From: Promethearchaeota archaeon
Lineage (GTDB): Archaea > Asgardarchaeota > Lokiarchaeia > Sigyniarchaeales > SOKP01
Direction: 5' to 3'
Assembly (NCBI GenBank): GCA_048938895.1
Contig: JBHLLU010000002.1
Location: 64,001 to 128,000, forward strand
Length of the DNA: 64,000 bases
Shown piece by piece: positions 10,424 to 20,930 of the stretch; positions within the stretch are counted from its first letter, which is position 1, and each line of letters begins with the position of its first letter. Below the pieces are notes generated by a model. The model did not search any database and was not told the DNA's origin. It was given only the letters and a program-made list of their open reading frames with translations. The translations under genes and the position numbers were made by a program.

Positions 10424-11710
10424 TTATTCATAATGATGTAATTTGGTTGCTGCAATAAAAGATAATCCATTTTTAGTAAGAGCTTCTGCTGTAGAGTTCA
10501 CCGCATCATATCGATCGAGATGATTAATTCTTAAGGAATCCCATAATCCTGCTTTTATTAACTCTTCTTTAGGCATAAAATATTCAAGTATATCTGTAGG
10601 ATGTTCTCTTTTTCCGTCTACTTCTACGTTTCCCCCTTCATGTTTAGCGCTAATATTTCTAACCTTTTTTGCTAAATCTATTAATTCATCTCTTCTATCA
10701 TATGGTTGTCTGACAATACTTTTCCAAGTCTCTGTTATATGATGTTCTAATCTTACTACATCTTCAAATCCAAATGGTTTTCGGATATATGCTGCCATTT
10801 CAATAGTTTCATTATTTACTGAATTTGATAAATTAAAACCGATTAATGGACTTGTTCCATCTTCCCGAGCAAACAGTTTTGCTGTGAGTAATGTCCATAA
10901 GCATGAATAGGGATTATCATTACCCATATAAACACTTATTTTGAATTCATTATTAATTCCCAATTTATATAGGAAATAACCCAAAAGTACCGTACCAGGA
11001 TTAACATTTAGAGCTTGCTTTATTCCATAATTTGTATAATAATAAAGATATTCATCAATCCATTTTAATGCAAAATCATTAGGTTGTCCTACTCCACCAA
11101 AATATCCCGTAATAGTATCTGGACCACCTAAATGTACATTCACTGGCATTCCATCTGGACCAGGAGCAGTTCCTTTAGTATCAAGCGTCTCAACCCACGT
11201 GGAGCCAATTATTTGCATAGCTGCGGTCATTGCCAATAAATCCCCATCCTTTTCTTGTTCTTTCATTCTTCTTACTCTTATTATTCGTCCTGGAACTAAT
11301 TTCTTGTTTTTAATTGCATCTTTAGCTATATCAATTAAAAATGAAAAATATTGACATGCTGAAAGTTCCAATGTCACCGCATAATCCTCTTTGAATTCCA
11401 TTTTTGATGCATTCTCTCCCAGGATTTTTTTCCTATAATCCGCTATACTAATAAATGAATGCTGGTCACGAGATTCTATAAGCCATTCAATATCCTTGAC
11501 ATAATCAGAATTAATTTTTTCTAATCGACTGATTAAGTAATCGAACCTACTCACTTCTTGAAATTTTCTATTAATCTCTTCGATGCCACCATATTTTTCA
11601 ACTATGTTAAATAGTTCATTTATTAAAGGATTACTCTCATCCAGTAAAAAATCATTAACAGTTTTAAGTGCATCCTTGGATATTTCTAATTGTTTTCTTA
11701 AATCTTTCAT
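10424..11710 (-). CDS. Conserved uncharacterised protein, probably an enzyme
   Basis: 428-aa ORF with motif-like segments (VETLDTKGT, HLGGPDTITGYFGG, EHHITET, SAKHEGG); 20 nt upstream of the aldolase-Fae gene. Confidence 0.8.
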   Translation of the reverse strand: MKDLRKQLEISKDALKTVNDFLLDESNPLINELFNIVEKYGGIEEINRKFQEVSRFDYLISRLEKINSDYVKDIEWLIESRDQHSFISIADYRKKILGENASKMEFKEDYAVTLELSACQYFSFLIDIAKDAIKNKKLVPGRIIRVRRMKEQEKDGDLLAMTAAMQIIGSTWVETLDTKGTAPGPDGMPVNVHLGGPDTITGYFGGVGQPNDFALKWIDEYLYYYTNYGIKQALNVNPGTVLLGYFLYKLGINNEFKISVYMGNDNPYSCLWTLLTAKLFAREDGTSPLIGFNLSNSVNNETIEMAAYIRKPFGFEDVVRLEHHITETWKSIVRQPYDRRDELIDLAKKVRNISAKHEGGNVEVDGKREHPTDILEYFMPKEELIKAGLWDSLRINHLDRYDAVNSTAEALTKNGLSFIAATKLHHYE

Positions 11711-11903
11711 TATAAAAGTCTACCATATCTATTTTTTTCATTATCTATACCCATAGGTCTCCCACAAACGCATAATATATTGGATAGACCATAAATTTAA
11801 TACAAGATTCACTATATTATAAATTTAATTCAATATTGCTAAAAACTTATAAAGTGCTTCATGATTCTAAAAATTAGTATTAAAAATATACAAGGTATCT
11901 TAA

Positions 11904-13259
11904 ATGTATAAATACAGTGTCTCAATATTAGGAACCGGTTTTATTGGATTGTGCTCAGCAGCGTGTTTTGCCGATAAAGATATTAAGGTTTTGGCTTCTA
12001 CTCACAATCAAAGAAAAGCAAATATGATTAATGATGGAATTGCTCCATTTTTTGAAGCAGGACTCCAAGAAATGATGGATAATATAAAAAAATCTAATCC
12101 TGAACTATTAACCTGTATTACTAACCCAGTACAAGCTGTACTTGATACTGATATTTCAATGATTACCCAAGGTACTCCAATGAGGGAAGATAAAAGTATT
12201 GATCTGAGTTTTATAGAAAGTACTGCTCAAGAAATAGGGAAAGCATTAAAACAAAAGGATGATTATCATTTGGTTGTAGTTCGATCTACAGTTGTTCCTG
12301 GCACTACAAGAAACTTGGTTAGTACTATTATTAAACAAGTGTCTGGAAAAGAAACAGGTAAAGATTATGGATTATGTATGCAACCTGAATTTTTAGCTGA
12401 AGGACGTTCAATCGAAGATACTTTACATCCTGATAGAATAGTGATTGGGGAATTCGACGAAAAAAGTGGTGCTATGCTTCAGGAATTCTATGAATATTTC
12501 TATGGAAATCATTTAGAAAACTGTCCCATCTTACGGATGAATTTAGAAAGCGCTGAATTAGTTAAATATGGAAATAACTGCCTATTGTCTACAAAAATCA
12601 GTTATGCCAATGAATTTGCTAACTTTGCTGAACTTGTACCGAATGTCGATGTTGTCCAAGTAATGAAAGGTGTTGGACTAGATTATAGAATAAATTCAAG
12701 ATTTCTTGGTGCGGGAGTAGGATTTGGTGGTTCTTGCTTTCATAAAGATGTTAATGCAATAAAGGCTTGGTCAAAATCTAAAGGATACACTTCTAGGTTG
12801 TTAGAAGCGGTACTAGATATTAATGATGATCAAGCAATTCATATTATTGATATTGCTGAAGAACTTGCAGGTAAATTAGCAGGCAAAAAAATAAGCCTAC
12901 TAGGACTTGCATTTAAACCAGGAACAGACGACATGAGAGAAGCTCCAAGTATTCGAGTAGTAAATGAACTAAGGAATCGAGGGGTAACCAATATTATTGG
13001 TTATGACCCAAAGGCAAAAGAAACAGCTAAAGAAGTTTTTGGAGATTCTATCAAATATGCTAATTCAATTGAAGAAGCTTTAAAAGGTTCTGATTGTGCA
13101 CTTCTCATCACTGATTGGGAAGAATTTAAAACATTAACACCAGGTGATTTTAAAAAATATATGAAAACGCCCAGTCTTGTTGATGGAAGAAGAATTTATG
13201 ATTATGAGGAATTTGACAACGTTTTGCAATTCAGAGCAATAGGACATATAAAATTATAA
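11904..13259 (+). CDS. UDP-glucose/GDP-mannose dehydrogenase family
   Basis: GTGFIG, RSTVVPGTT, PEFLAEG, GFGGSCF, GLAFKPGTDDMRE. Confidence 0.92.
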   Translation: MYKYSVSILGTGFIGLCSAACFADKDIKVLASTHNQRKANMINDGIAPFFEAGLQEMMDNIKKSNPELLTCITNPVQAVLDTDISMITQGTPMREDKSIDLSFIESTAQEIGKALKQKDDYHLVVVRSTVVPGTTRNLVSTIIKQVSGKETGKDYGLCMQPEFLAEGRSIEDTLHPDRIVIGEFDEKSGAMLQEFYEYFYGNHLENCPILRMNLESAELVKYGNNCLLSTKISYANEFANFAELVPNVDVVQVMKGVGLDYRINSRFLGAGVGFGGSCFHKDVNAIKAWSKSKGYTSRLLEAVLDINDDQAIHIIDIAEELAGKLAGKKISLLGLAFKPGTDDMREAPSIRVVNELRNRGVTNIIGYDPKAKETAKEVFGDSIKYANSIEEALKGSDCALLITDWEEFKTLTPGDFKKYMKTPSLVDGRRIYDYEEFDNVLQFRAIGHIKL

Positions 13260-13318
13260 TTGAACTTACTACCATCATTAAAAAAAATAGGAAACTAAAT
13301 TCCAAACTAATTTATTGT

Positions 13319-14278
13319 TTAAATTTTCAAATTTTTTAGTTTTTTGAGCAAAATTAATGTTGTAATACTGATTGTAGCGATTATTAGAATGGTATTATAA
13401 CTGGGAATGTTTTCTGAAGGTGCTTCCCCGATAATTTGATAATTACTAATTGGAGCAATTAATGGATGATAATCAGTATAAATCCATTGAGATGATGGTA
13501 AGTGCTGATCCATTATAACAGGTTCATCTCCGATTCCATCGTTGTTATTATCTTCTCCTTGATATCCACCCCAATGATTACCAAGATATTTAGTAAATGT
13601 TCTACTGTTATAAATATATTTCATTTTGGTTGGTGTACGAAATCTGTTATTAACACTCCACCGATATTCGAATCCCATTAAATTTGTTTGGTGATTATCG
13701 TTAAGATAAATTACATTGCTATTAGACGCAAAAAAGCGGAGACCATTTTTTCCTATAAAATAATTTAGTGAAACGACATTATCAATACATTCATGTAAAA
13801 TGATCCCATAAGCATTTGGACTAGTAACCCGATTATTGTGTAAGGTTCCATGATTGACAGAAATTAATTTAATCCCCGCATCATAAGTGTCTGAACCACA
13901 ATTTGAAAGGGAGCAATTTTGGATAATGAAATATTCTGATGTATTTTCTACTAATATACATGAACCCACACCTCCTCCATCTATCTCCAAATCTTCAATA
14001 AGATATGGATTAGATTCCGTACCATCCCCTATGCAAATGCCAGCAGTCTTTGCGTCAGACCAGTTATTATTAATATGTATTTTTACAGATATTGCAGAGA
14101 TTTTCAAGTTCTGCTTATAGATTGTTGATGTGCTACTAGTCTTATTGCCAATTCTAAGAATATCATTATTTATTGTTATAGTTGATAAAATGAAAATGAT
14201 TCCCACACTTATCAGAAATAGCCTTTTCACTTTCATATTTATTTCTGTCAAAAGCTTATATATATGTTTTTTTATCAA
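13319..14278 (-). CDS. Surface protein with NosD/right-handed beta-helix repeats and a C-terminal membrane anchor
   Basis: GDGTESNPYLIE, Asn-rich repeats, GNHW..Y.G.D.NNDGIGD.P; ends IPSYN-TM-KK. The true start may be the internal Met (MKVKR). Confidence 0.8.
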   Translation of the reverse strand: MIKKHIYKLLTEINMKVKRLFLISVGIIFILSTITINNDILRIGNKTSSTSTIYKQNLKISAISVKIHINNNWSDAKTAGICIGDGTESNPYLIEDLEIDGGGVGSCILVENTSEYFIIQNCSLSNCGSDTYDAGIKLISVNHGTLHNNRVTSPNAYGIILHECIDNVVSLNYFIGKNGLRFFASNSNVIYLNDNHQTNLMGFEYRWSVNNRFRTPTKMKYIYNSRTFTKYLGNHWGGYQGEDNNNDGIGDEPVIMDQHLPSSQWIYTDYHPLIAPISNYQIIGEAPSENIPSYNTILIIATISITTLILLKKLKNLKI

Positions 14279-14364
14279 AAATTAAATTCTTCAAAATTTT
14301 TCAAATCATTTTGGTATAATAATATAAAAACTCATCTCAGTCTACAAAAAGCTTAAATACTTAC

Positions 14365-14922
14365 ATGAAACAAATCTTTATAATGAAAAAATCTAGGATA
14401 TTGGTAGCTTTATTATCCAGCGGGATACTTTTTTTAATTTCTTTTATCCCCATTAGTTATGGTAATCCCGTAATTATTTATAGTAAACCCAATTTTAAAG
14501 CGCTACTCCTTACTTTAGGTCTCCTAATTTACCTTCTGCTCATAACTATTATAATCGAGCTAGGACTATTATATTTAATTTTTCATAAAGATATTGTTGA
14601 TTCAAGATGTTCTCTCAAATTCATCAAGTCTGTCATTGTAGTGAATTTATTTACATTTCCTATTACCCAATTAGTTGGACTTATCTTATCTGTTCTGTCT
14701 ATTCAAATTTTCCTTCTAATATTATTATCTGAAGTATTCCCATTTTCAATTGAATATACATTATATCTCAGAATATTTGATGCTTTTTATGAATCTCAAG
14801 ATTTTGTAAATCCTATCCCTAAAAAAAAAGTATCATTCTCAACCATTATAGCCAATTTGACTACAATGTTATTAGGTATTTTTATTTTTCTTCCCCAAAT
14901 CCTATCAACCGCTTTTGGTTAA
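14365..14922 (+). CDS. Hypothetical multi-pass membrane protein
   Basis: 185 aa with about 5 hydrophobic segments. Confidence 0.7.
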   Translation: MKQIFIMKKSRILVALLSSGILFLISFIPISYGNPVIIYSKPNFKALLLTLGLLIYLLLITIIIELGLLYLIFHKDIVDSRCSLKFIKSVIVVNLFTFPITQLVGLILSVLSIQIFLLILLSEVFPFSIEYTLYLRIFDAFYESQDFVNPIPKKKVSFSTIIANLTTMLLGIFIFLPQILSTAFG

Positions 14923-14971
14923 ACTTTCAATATTATAATTACTTAATCGATCTATTAAAGGAAAATCCACC

Positions 14972-16780
14972 ATGAGAAAAGAAAGAGGTTTAGAACGGAG
15001 TATAGATAATCTGTTTATAATATCAATTGTTCTTAATATTCTTTTTTTTGTAGCTTTTCTCACAATAATTCCACCTATAAAAACTGAACCCTATTACCCG
15101 AGTTTTTATAACGTTGTAATTGGATATGGTAGTAATCCCGCAGCACTTGATCCTATTGATACATGGGACGCTCCTTCTCGTGTTTTCCAACACCAAGTTA
15201 CTCAATCTCTAGTTGAATATGATCTATCTACCCATCCAAATTATCAATTAAAACCAGTTCTATCTGAATATTGGATTTGGGAAAATATTACGAGAATTTC
15301 TTTTAAATTAAGAGATAATGTATACTTTCATGACAATACTCGAATGACTGCTGAAGATGTAAAATGGAATTTTGAAAGACTTATGTGGCTCTGCAATGCT
15401 ACGGGAACTCTTCCTGCAAATGACAGCTCTTGGGAGGCATTTCCTTCAAAATTATTCTTTTTTGAAAATGGAACTTATATTTTTAAGAGTTTTGAAGCAA
15501 ATGATACAATTGACCCACTAAGTTTCACGATAAATTTGAATGCTCCTTTTTCAGCATTGTTAGATCTTCTTACTTTTGGTGCAATCAACATTTTATCTCC
15601 TGCATCTACTCCATTTTATAGGTATTTAGATTTAGCAGAAGAAAAATTAATTGGTACCGGTCCATATGAATATGTGCATTTTAAAAGAGATAAAGAAGTG
15701 AGACTATCTAGGAATGATTTATATTGGGCATTTCCAGGATATTTTGAAACGGCAGTATTTCGAATTATTGAAGATGATACAGCACGGATGACTGCAGGTT
15801 TAGCTGGACAGTTTGATTATGTTAGTGGTGTACCAGAATCTTATATCGATACCTTTAATGGTGATCCTAATTTCCATGTGGAAGATGTCGGCGAAGATTT
15901 ATGTTATTTTTATTTAGAAATTTATTGTGGTGCAAGAGATACGACTGGAGACTTAATAGTCCCTGGTGATTATCAATATCAGAGAAATAATGCAACATTA
16001 AGAAGAGCAATAACGCTTGCTATTAACTATACTTACATCTATGATGTAATTCAGAACGGATTAGCTACCGAGGGGACAACAGCAGTTCCTCGAGCGATGC
16101 CAGGTCATAATGCATCAGTAGTTCAAGCAAGCTATTATAATTTTACCACTGGCATAAAAATGGCAAGAGATCTCATGAAAATATATAATCCTATTTGTGC
16201 TACATGGGACTCAAGCTACCCCGGAACTGATGAGGGTTTATGGACTAATGCAAATCTACTTGGAAGATCTTTTTATTTATATAGACATTTTGGAAGTATT
16301 ATAAATCAAAATCTGAATCTATTAATAGATTCTAATCTTAATTTAATCGGAATTCAAGCTTCAGAAATCCCAATAGATTGGGATCCAATCTACTTCCTAG
16401 AAGAGAAAAAACCGTGGGAAATGGATCTTAGATATATTGGTTGGTGTCCTGATTATTTAAATCCCTATAATATTATTGATCCCTTGTTTAATCTTGAATC
16501 TTATTCTTGTTTTTCAAGGATTAATGATACAAGCATTGGAGGGTTATCTTATATGATGAAAGCTGCGATTAAAGAGACGAATAGAACTAAACAGTTAGAA
16601 ATTTATGGAAATATTCAATCATATATTTTTGATGTCGATCGACCACTTACACCGGCAAGTCATGTTCACATTCCTCTTTGGGTTTACCATCTAGAGCAAA
16701 TCCATAAAAAATCATTGAAAGGAGTTCACTACAATGTAATGAAACTTTTAGAAGTTAAGAATTGGTATGAGGATGATTAA
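14972..16780 (+). CDS. ABC transporter substrate-binding protein, family 5
   Basis: LDP.D, FKLRDNVYFHD...TAEDVKW.FER, IGTGPY, LRRAI..AINY; N-terminal TM. Confidence 0.88.
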   Translation: MRKERGLERSIDNLFIISIVLNILFFVAFLTIIPPIKTEPYYPSFYNVVIGYGSNPAALDPIDTWDAPSRVFQHQVTQSLVEYDLSTHPNYQLKPVLSEYWIWENITRISFKLRDNVYFHDNTRMTAEDVKWNFERLMWLCNATGTLPANDSSWEAFPSKLFFFENGTYIFKSFEANDTIDPLSFTINLNAPFSALLDLLTFGAINILSPASTPFYRYLDLAEEKLIGTGPYEYVHFKRDKEVRLSRNDLYWAFPGYFETAVFRIIEDDTARMTAGLAGQFDYVSGVPESYIDTFNGDPNFHVEDVGEDLCYFYLEIYCGARDTTGDLIVPGDYQYQRNNATLRRAITLAINYTYIYDVIQNGLATEGTTAVPRAMPGHNASVVQASYYNFTTGIKMARDLMKIYNPICATWDSSYPGTDEGLWTNANLLGRSFYLYRHFGSIINQNLNLLIDSNLNLIGIQASEIPIDWDPIYFLEEKKPWEMDLRYIGWCPDYLNPYNIIDPLFNLESYSCFSRINDTSIGGLSYMMKAAIKETNRTKQLEIYGNIQSYIFDVDRPLTPASHVHIPLWVYHLEQIHKKSLKGVHYNVMKLLEVKNWYEDD

Positions 16781-16811
16781 TCAAACTTTTGTTATTAATA
16801 GAGGTTAAGAA

Positions 16812-18638
16812 ATGGACTTAAAAAAAAAGGATTTAGCCATTACTATACTAACAGTATTAGTCGGAGCATCATTGATAAGCAATATTATTCTTCCATTATC
16901 CCCCAGAAATACTACTGATACCCCTTATCATTCTAATTACACGGCAGTAATTGGGGGGGTTAATTCTTATATTGTGCTTGATCCAATTGATACTGGGGAT
17001 TACTATTCTCGTATGATACAACATCAGATAACTCAGTCTTTAGTTGAATATGATTTATCTTCATATTCTAGAATCGGTATACATAATTATAGCTTAAAAC
17101 CTGTACTTGTAGAATATTGGATATGGGAATCACCTACTCGAATTTCTTATAAATTAAGAGAAAATGTATATTTTCATGATAACACATTAATGACTGCTGA
17201 AGATGTAAAGTGGAATTTTGAAAGAGGGCAATGGTTTTGTAACACTACGGGAGATCTACCACTCAATGAAACATCTAGGGAAGCTTTTTCGTCAAATTTA
17301 TTTTTTTTTAGTGATGGGACCCCAATCTTTAATAAATTTATTGCCAATGATACGAGGGATCCATTTAATTTCACTTTAATTTTGAACACTCCTTTTGGAG
17401 CATTAAATGATTTTCTTGCTTCTGGTCTTGTGAAAATTTTAAGTCCTGAATCCACCCCTTTCTACAAGTATTTGGATATAACTAAGGATAAATTAATTGG
17501 TACGGGCCCCTACGAATACCTACACTATGAAAGATATAAAGAATTAATTTTGAAAAGGAGCAGTATTTATTGGGGTTTTGCAGGATATTTTGAGATGATT
17601 GAGTTTAGATTTATTGATGAACCTACTTCTATCTCACATAATTACTTTACTGCAGCTTGTAATGGAGAATTTGATTACTTATTTGAAATTCCTCCTCTAA
17701 CATTTTGTGGTCCTCCTCCATATTTAGTTATAGATGTCGGTGAGGATCTATGTTATTTTTATTTAGAAATTTATTGTGGTTCCAGAAGTCCCAATGGCAC
17801 AATGCTAGGGAATCCTCAATATCAGAGAAATCCTCCATACTTAAGAAGAACTCTTGCATTGGCAATCGACTATACATATATTTATGATGAAATCCAGAGT
17901 GGTTATGGCATTGAGGGAACTACTGCTGTCCCTCGTGCAATGCCTGGACATAATGCTTCAGTAATTCAAGCAAGTGATATATCTCGTACTTATGCTTACA
18001 ATCTCGCAGAAGCAAGACAAATCTTAAAAGATAATGCTGCAGATATTGTTGCACGTGGCGGTCTCAATGTTAGCAATTATGATATTAATAACGATTCAGA
18101 TTGGATTGGGAAAAATATACTTGGTAGAAACTTAGAAATTAATTGCCATTTTGGAAGTACAACGAATTTGCGTTTAAATCAATTATTGAGTTTAAATTTT
18201 GATTTAATAGGAATCCAAATTAGTGAAACTACAAGAGATTGGAAAGAATATCTGAGCGTGGGGGAACAAACCCCTTGGGAAATGGATCTTAATTATATGG
18301 GTCGGTGCCCTGATTATTTAAATCCCTATAATATTATTGATCCCTTGTTTAATTTAGATTCTAATTCTTGCTTTTCAAGAATTAATGATACAACCAAAGG
18401 TGGTTTAATTGATATGATGGACACAGCAATTAAAGAGACGAATAGAACGAAACAATTAGAAATTTATGAAAATATTCAATCATATATATTTGATGTCAAT
18501 CGACCACTTACACCAGCCAGTCATGCGCATATTTCTGGTTGGGTTTATCTAATAAAACAAGCTCATATGCCAGATTTAAAAGGAGTTAACTATAATGTTA
18601 TGAAAATTATTGAATGCTGGAAATGGTACTATGAGTGA
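16812..18638 (+). CDS. ABC transporter substrate-binding protein, family 5 (tandem paralog)
   Basis: Same motifs; colinear similarity with the upstream gene. Confidence 0.88.
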   Translation: MDLKKKDLAITILTVLVGASLISNIILPLSPRNTTDTPYHSNYTAVIGGVNSYIVLDPIDTGDYYSRMIQHQITQSLVEYDLSSYSRIGIHNYSLKPVLVEYWIWESPTRISYKLRENVYFHDNTLMTAEDVKWNFERGQWFCNTTGDLPLNETSREAFSSNLFFFSDGTPIFNKFIANDTRDPFNFTLILNTPFGALNDFLASGLVKILSPESTPFYKYLDITKDKLIGTGPYEYLHYERYKELILKRSSIYWGFAGYFEMIEFRFIDEPTSISHNYFTAACNGEFDYLFEIPPLTFCGPPPYLVIDVGEDLCYFYLEIYCGSRSPNGTMLGNPQYQRNPPYLRRTLALAIDYTYIYDEIQSGYGIEGTTAVPRAMPGHNASVIQASDISRTYAYNLAEARQILKDNAADIVARGGLNVSNYDINNDSDWIGKNILGRNLEINCHFGSTTNLRLNQLLSLNFDLIGIQISETTRDWKEYLSVGEQTPWEMDLNYMGRCPDYLNPYNIIDPLFNLDSNSCFSRINDTTKGGLIDMMDTAIKETNRTKQLEIYENIQSYIFDVNRPLTPASHAHISGWVYLIKQAHMPDLKGVNYNVMKIIECWKWYYE

Positions 18639-19063
18639 TATACCATTTTATAATGCGTCTCTGTTTTTTCTTTCACTTTGAACCCAAGTCGTTCATACAA
18701 TCTTTGAGCCTTTTCATTCGAAATCAAAACTTGGAGATATACGTCCTTTTGTTCTTCTTTCGCTTTTTTTAACAATTCTTTGATTAATGTAGTACCAATT
18801 CCTTGATTCTGAAACTGTGGTAGAATTTCTATTAATGAGAAAAAGAAATGATCTTCTTCTTCTCTGATTGAAATACAGCCAATGTCTTTACCTGATTTGG
18901 TTACTATCTTAAGTTGAACTGGTTTAAAATGCTTAAAATGATAATCTTTCTGCCATTCTTCATCCCATCCCCATGTTTTAGTAATATACTCTCTTAAAGT
19001 AGCTTTTTTAAGAAGATAGCAGAAGTCGTAATCTGTCTCTGTTGCTTGGCGTAATTGAATCAT
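18629..19063 (-). CDS. GNAT acetyltransferase
   Basis: QFQNQGIGT motif A; N..A.RLYERLGF. Confidence 0.88.
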   Translation of the reverse strand: MIQLRQATETDYDFCYLLKKATLREYITKTWGWDEEWQKDYHFKHFKPVQLKIVTKSGKDIGCISIREEEDHFFFSLIEILPQFQNQGIGTTLIKELLKKAKEEQKDVYLQVLISNEKAQRLYERLGFKVKEKTETHYKMVYHS

Positions 19064-19173
19064 GTATTAATTGCTATTTATTAAATCTTAATTAAAGTTA
19101 ATATTATTTTAAATAATTTTAAATCTTATAAGTCTTAATCCATTTCTAAAAAGCTATTCTAAAAAATTTTATT

Positions 19174-20154
19174 ATGCCTTCAGAAAAATCCTTAGGTGAA
19201 TATTTTAATAATACTGGTCGTGAAGATGTGTTATCTGGAGGAGTAAAAATGATACCCATCCAGACACAATTTGGTGAATTTAAAGTTTGGACGAAAAGGA
19301 TAGGAAATAATCCAACAATCAAAGTCCTTCTGTTGCATGGAGGTCCGGGTGCAACACATGAATACTTTGAATGTTTTGATAGTTTTTTTCCTGCAGAGGG
19401 TTTTGAATATTACTATTACGATCAATTAGGATCTTTTTATAGTGATCAACCTGAGGAACCGGGATTATGGGAGATTCCAAGATTTGTGGAAGAAGTAGAA
19501 CAAGTTAGAAAAGCTTTAAAATTAAAAAAATCAAACTTCTATCTATTTGGGCAATCTTGGGGAGGCATACTAGCAGTTGAATATGCATTAAAATATCAGG
19601 GTAATCTTAAAGGTCTAATAATCTCCAACATGATGATGAGTGCCCCTGCTTATGGAAAATATGCTGATGAAGTCCTTGGACCTAAACTTGATCCCAAAGT
19701 TTTAGCTGAAATTAAAGATTTGGAGGCTAAGGAAGATTTTGATAATCCTCATTATATGGAATTATTATTATCTAATTATTACACAGAGCATTTTGTACGC
19801 ATACCTGTTGAGCAATGGCCAGAACCCATTAATCGAACATTCAAACATCTTAATGAGGATGTTTATGTACCAATGCAGGGTCCTAGTGAATTTGGGATAA
19901 GGGGTACGTTAGAAAATTGGGATAGAACTTCTGACTTATCTAAAATAAAAATTCCTACTTTAGTAATCGGAGCTACTTACGATACAATGGATCCCGAGCA
20001 TATGAGATGGGTATCTACCCAAGTACAACAAGGACAATTTTTATTATGCCCAAATGGTAGTCATTGTGCTTTCTATGATGATCAGAAGAAATTTTTTGAG
20101 GGGTTGATAAAATTTATCAACGATGTAGATCAAAAAACGTTTTCTCCAAAATAA
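19174..20154 (+). CDS. Proline iminopeptidase-family alpha/beta hydrolase
   Basis: HGGPG, YDQLGS, GQSWGG nucleophile elbow, GSH. Confidence 0.9.
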   Translation: MPSEKSLGEYFNNTGREDVLSGGVKMIPIQTQFGEFKVWTKRIGNNPTIKVLLLHGGPGATHEYFECFDSFFPAEGFEYYYYDQLGSFYSDQPEEPGLWEIPRFVEEVEQVRKALKLKKSNFYLFGQSWGGILAVEYALKYQGNLKGLIISNMMMSAPAYGKYADEVLGPKLDPKVLAEIKDLEAKEDFDNPHYMELLLSNYYTEHFVRIPVEQWPEPINRTFKHLNEDVYVPMQGPSEFGIRGTLENWDRTSDLSKIKIPTLVIGATYDTMDPEHMRWVSTQVQQGQFLLCPNGSHCAFYDDQKKFFEGLIKFINDVDQKTFSPK

Positions 20155-20278
20155 AGATTTAATCGTTTAAGAAAGAAATTGATATCAAAAGAATTAATAG
20201 ATTTTTTATCAAATATAATATAAGAAGCGATTATTTTTTATAGATTTATGATTACATAATCATATTTTCATTTCTTTC

Positions 20279-20306
20279 TGTGCAAAAATAAAATAGATTT
20301 GTGCAA
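20279..20306. promoter_or_regulatory. Paired TGTGCAA sites, candidate operator
   Basis: TGTGCAA at 20279 and 20300 (21-nt spacing) upstream of the 20436 operon; the motif recurs at 26444, 26611, 31209, 31351 and 31382. Confidence 0.5.
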
Positions 20307-20435
20307 TATTATGTGTTAATGTCACAAAAAAAGTGAAAAAACATCTAATTTTTTATAAGTTCATAATCTTATGAATATTGAAACAAAGAATAATACTATT
20401 TCAATAATTGAACATTTAAGAAGTAGGTTCTAAAA

Positions 20436-20930
20436 ATGGCTACAGAGTATGCAATTCTCGCGAAATTAGGTGGTTTCATTGGAAGTAATCCTGAAATAAT
20501 AAGCTCAACTCCTTCTCTAAAATCAATTATGACTGAAACCGAACTTCTTAGTAAATGTTTTCCTATTGGTTCTAAAGTTGGACAATTCATCGAAGATAAG
20601 TTAAATAAATATCTAGTATTATCATACATTTTTAAAGTAAAACAAGAGCGTGAGAGAGATGATTTATTCTCTTTATCAATTCTCCTAAATAAACATGATA
20701 AAATTGATATATACAAACATACTCTGAAAGAACTTGTAGATATTTTAGAAGAAAATGGATTACTTAGTGAATTGATTTTAACTAAATACCATAATCTCAT
20801 TTATGAAGGGATGAATCAAGAAAAGGATATTCTCATTGAAAACAAATTTATAGAATTATCGAGAATCTTTAGAGATATTAAAGCAAAGGTTTTAAAACAA
20901 AAACCACAGTTAAAAGGAAGTTTTTTCTAA
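20436..20930 (+). CDS. Putative uDENN/longin-like domain protein
   Basis: KCFPIG and R..LFSLSIL segments resemble uDENN hallmarks; stop overlaps the next ATG. Confidence 0.6.
   Translation: MATEYAILAKLGGFIGSNPEIISSTPSLKSIMTETELLSKCFPIGSKVGQFIEDKLNKYLVLSYIFKVKQERERDDLFSLSILLNKHDKIDIYKHTLKELVDILEENGLLSELILTKYHNLIYEGMNQEKDILIENKFIELSRIFRDIKAKVLKQKPQLKGSFF

Noticed and set aside
20396-20800. 134-aa minus-strand ORF and the other short ORFs nested in or antisense to long genes
   Set aside because: They are shadows of well-supported genes, with no motifs or RBS.
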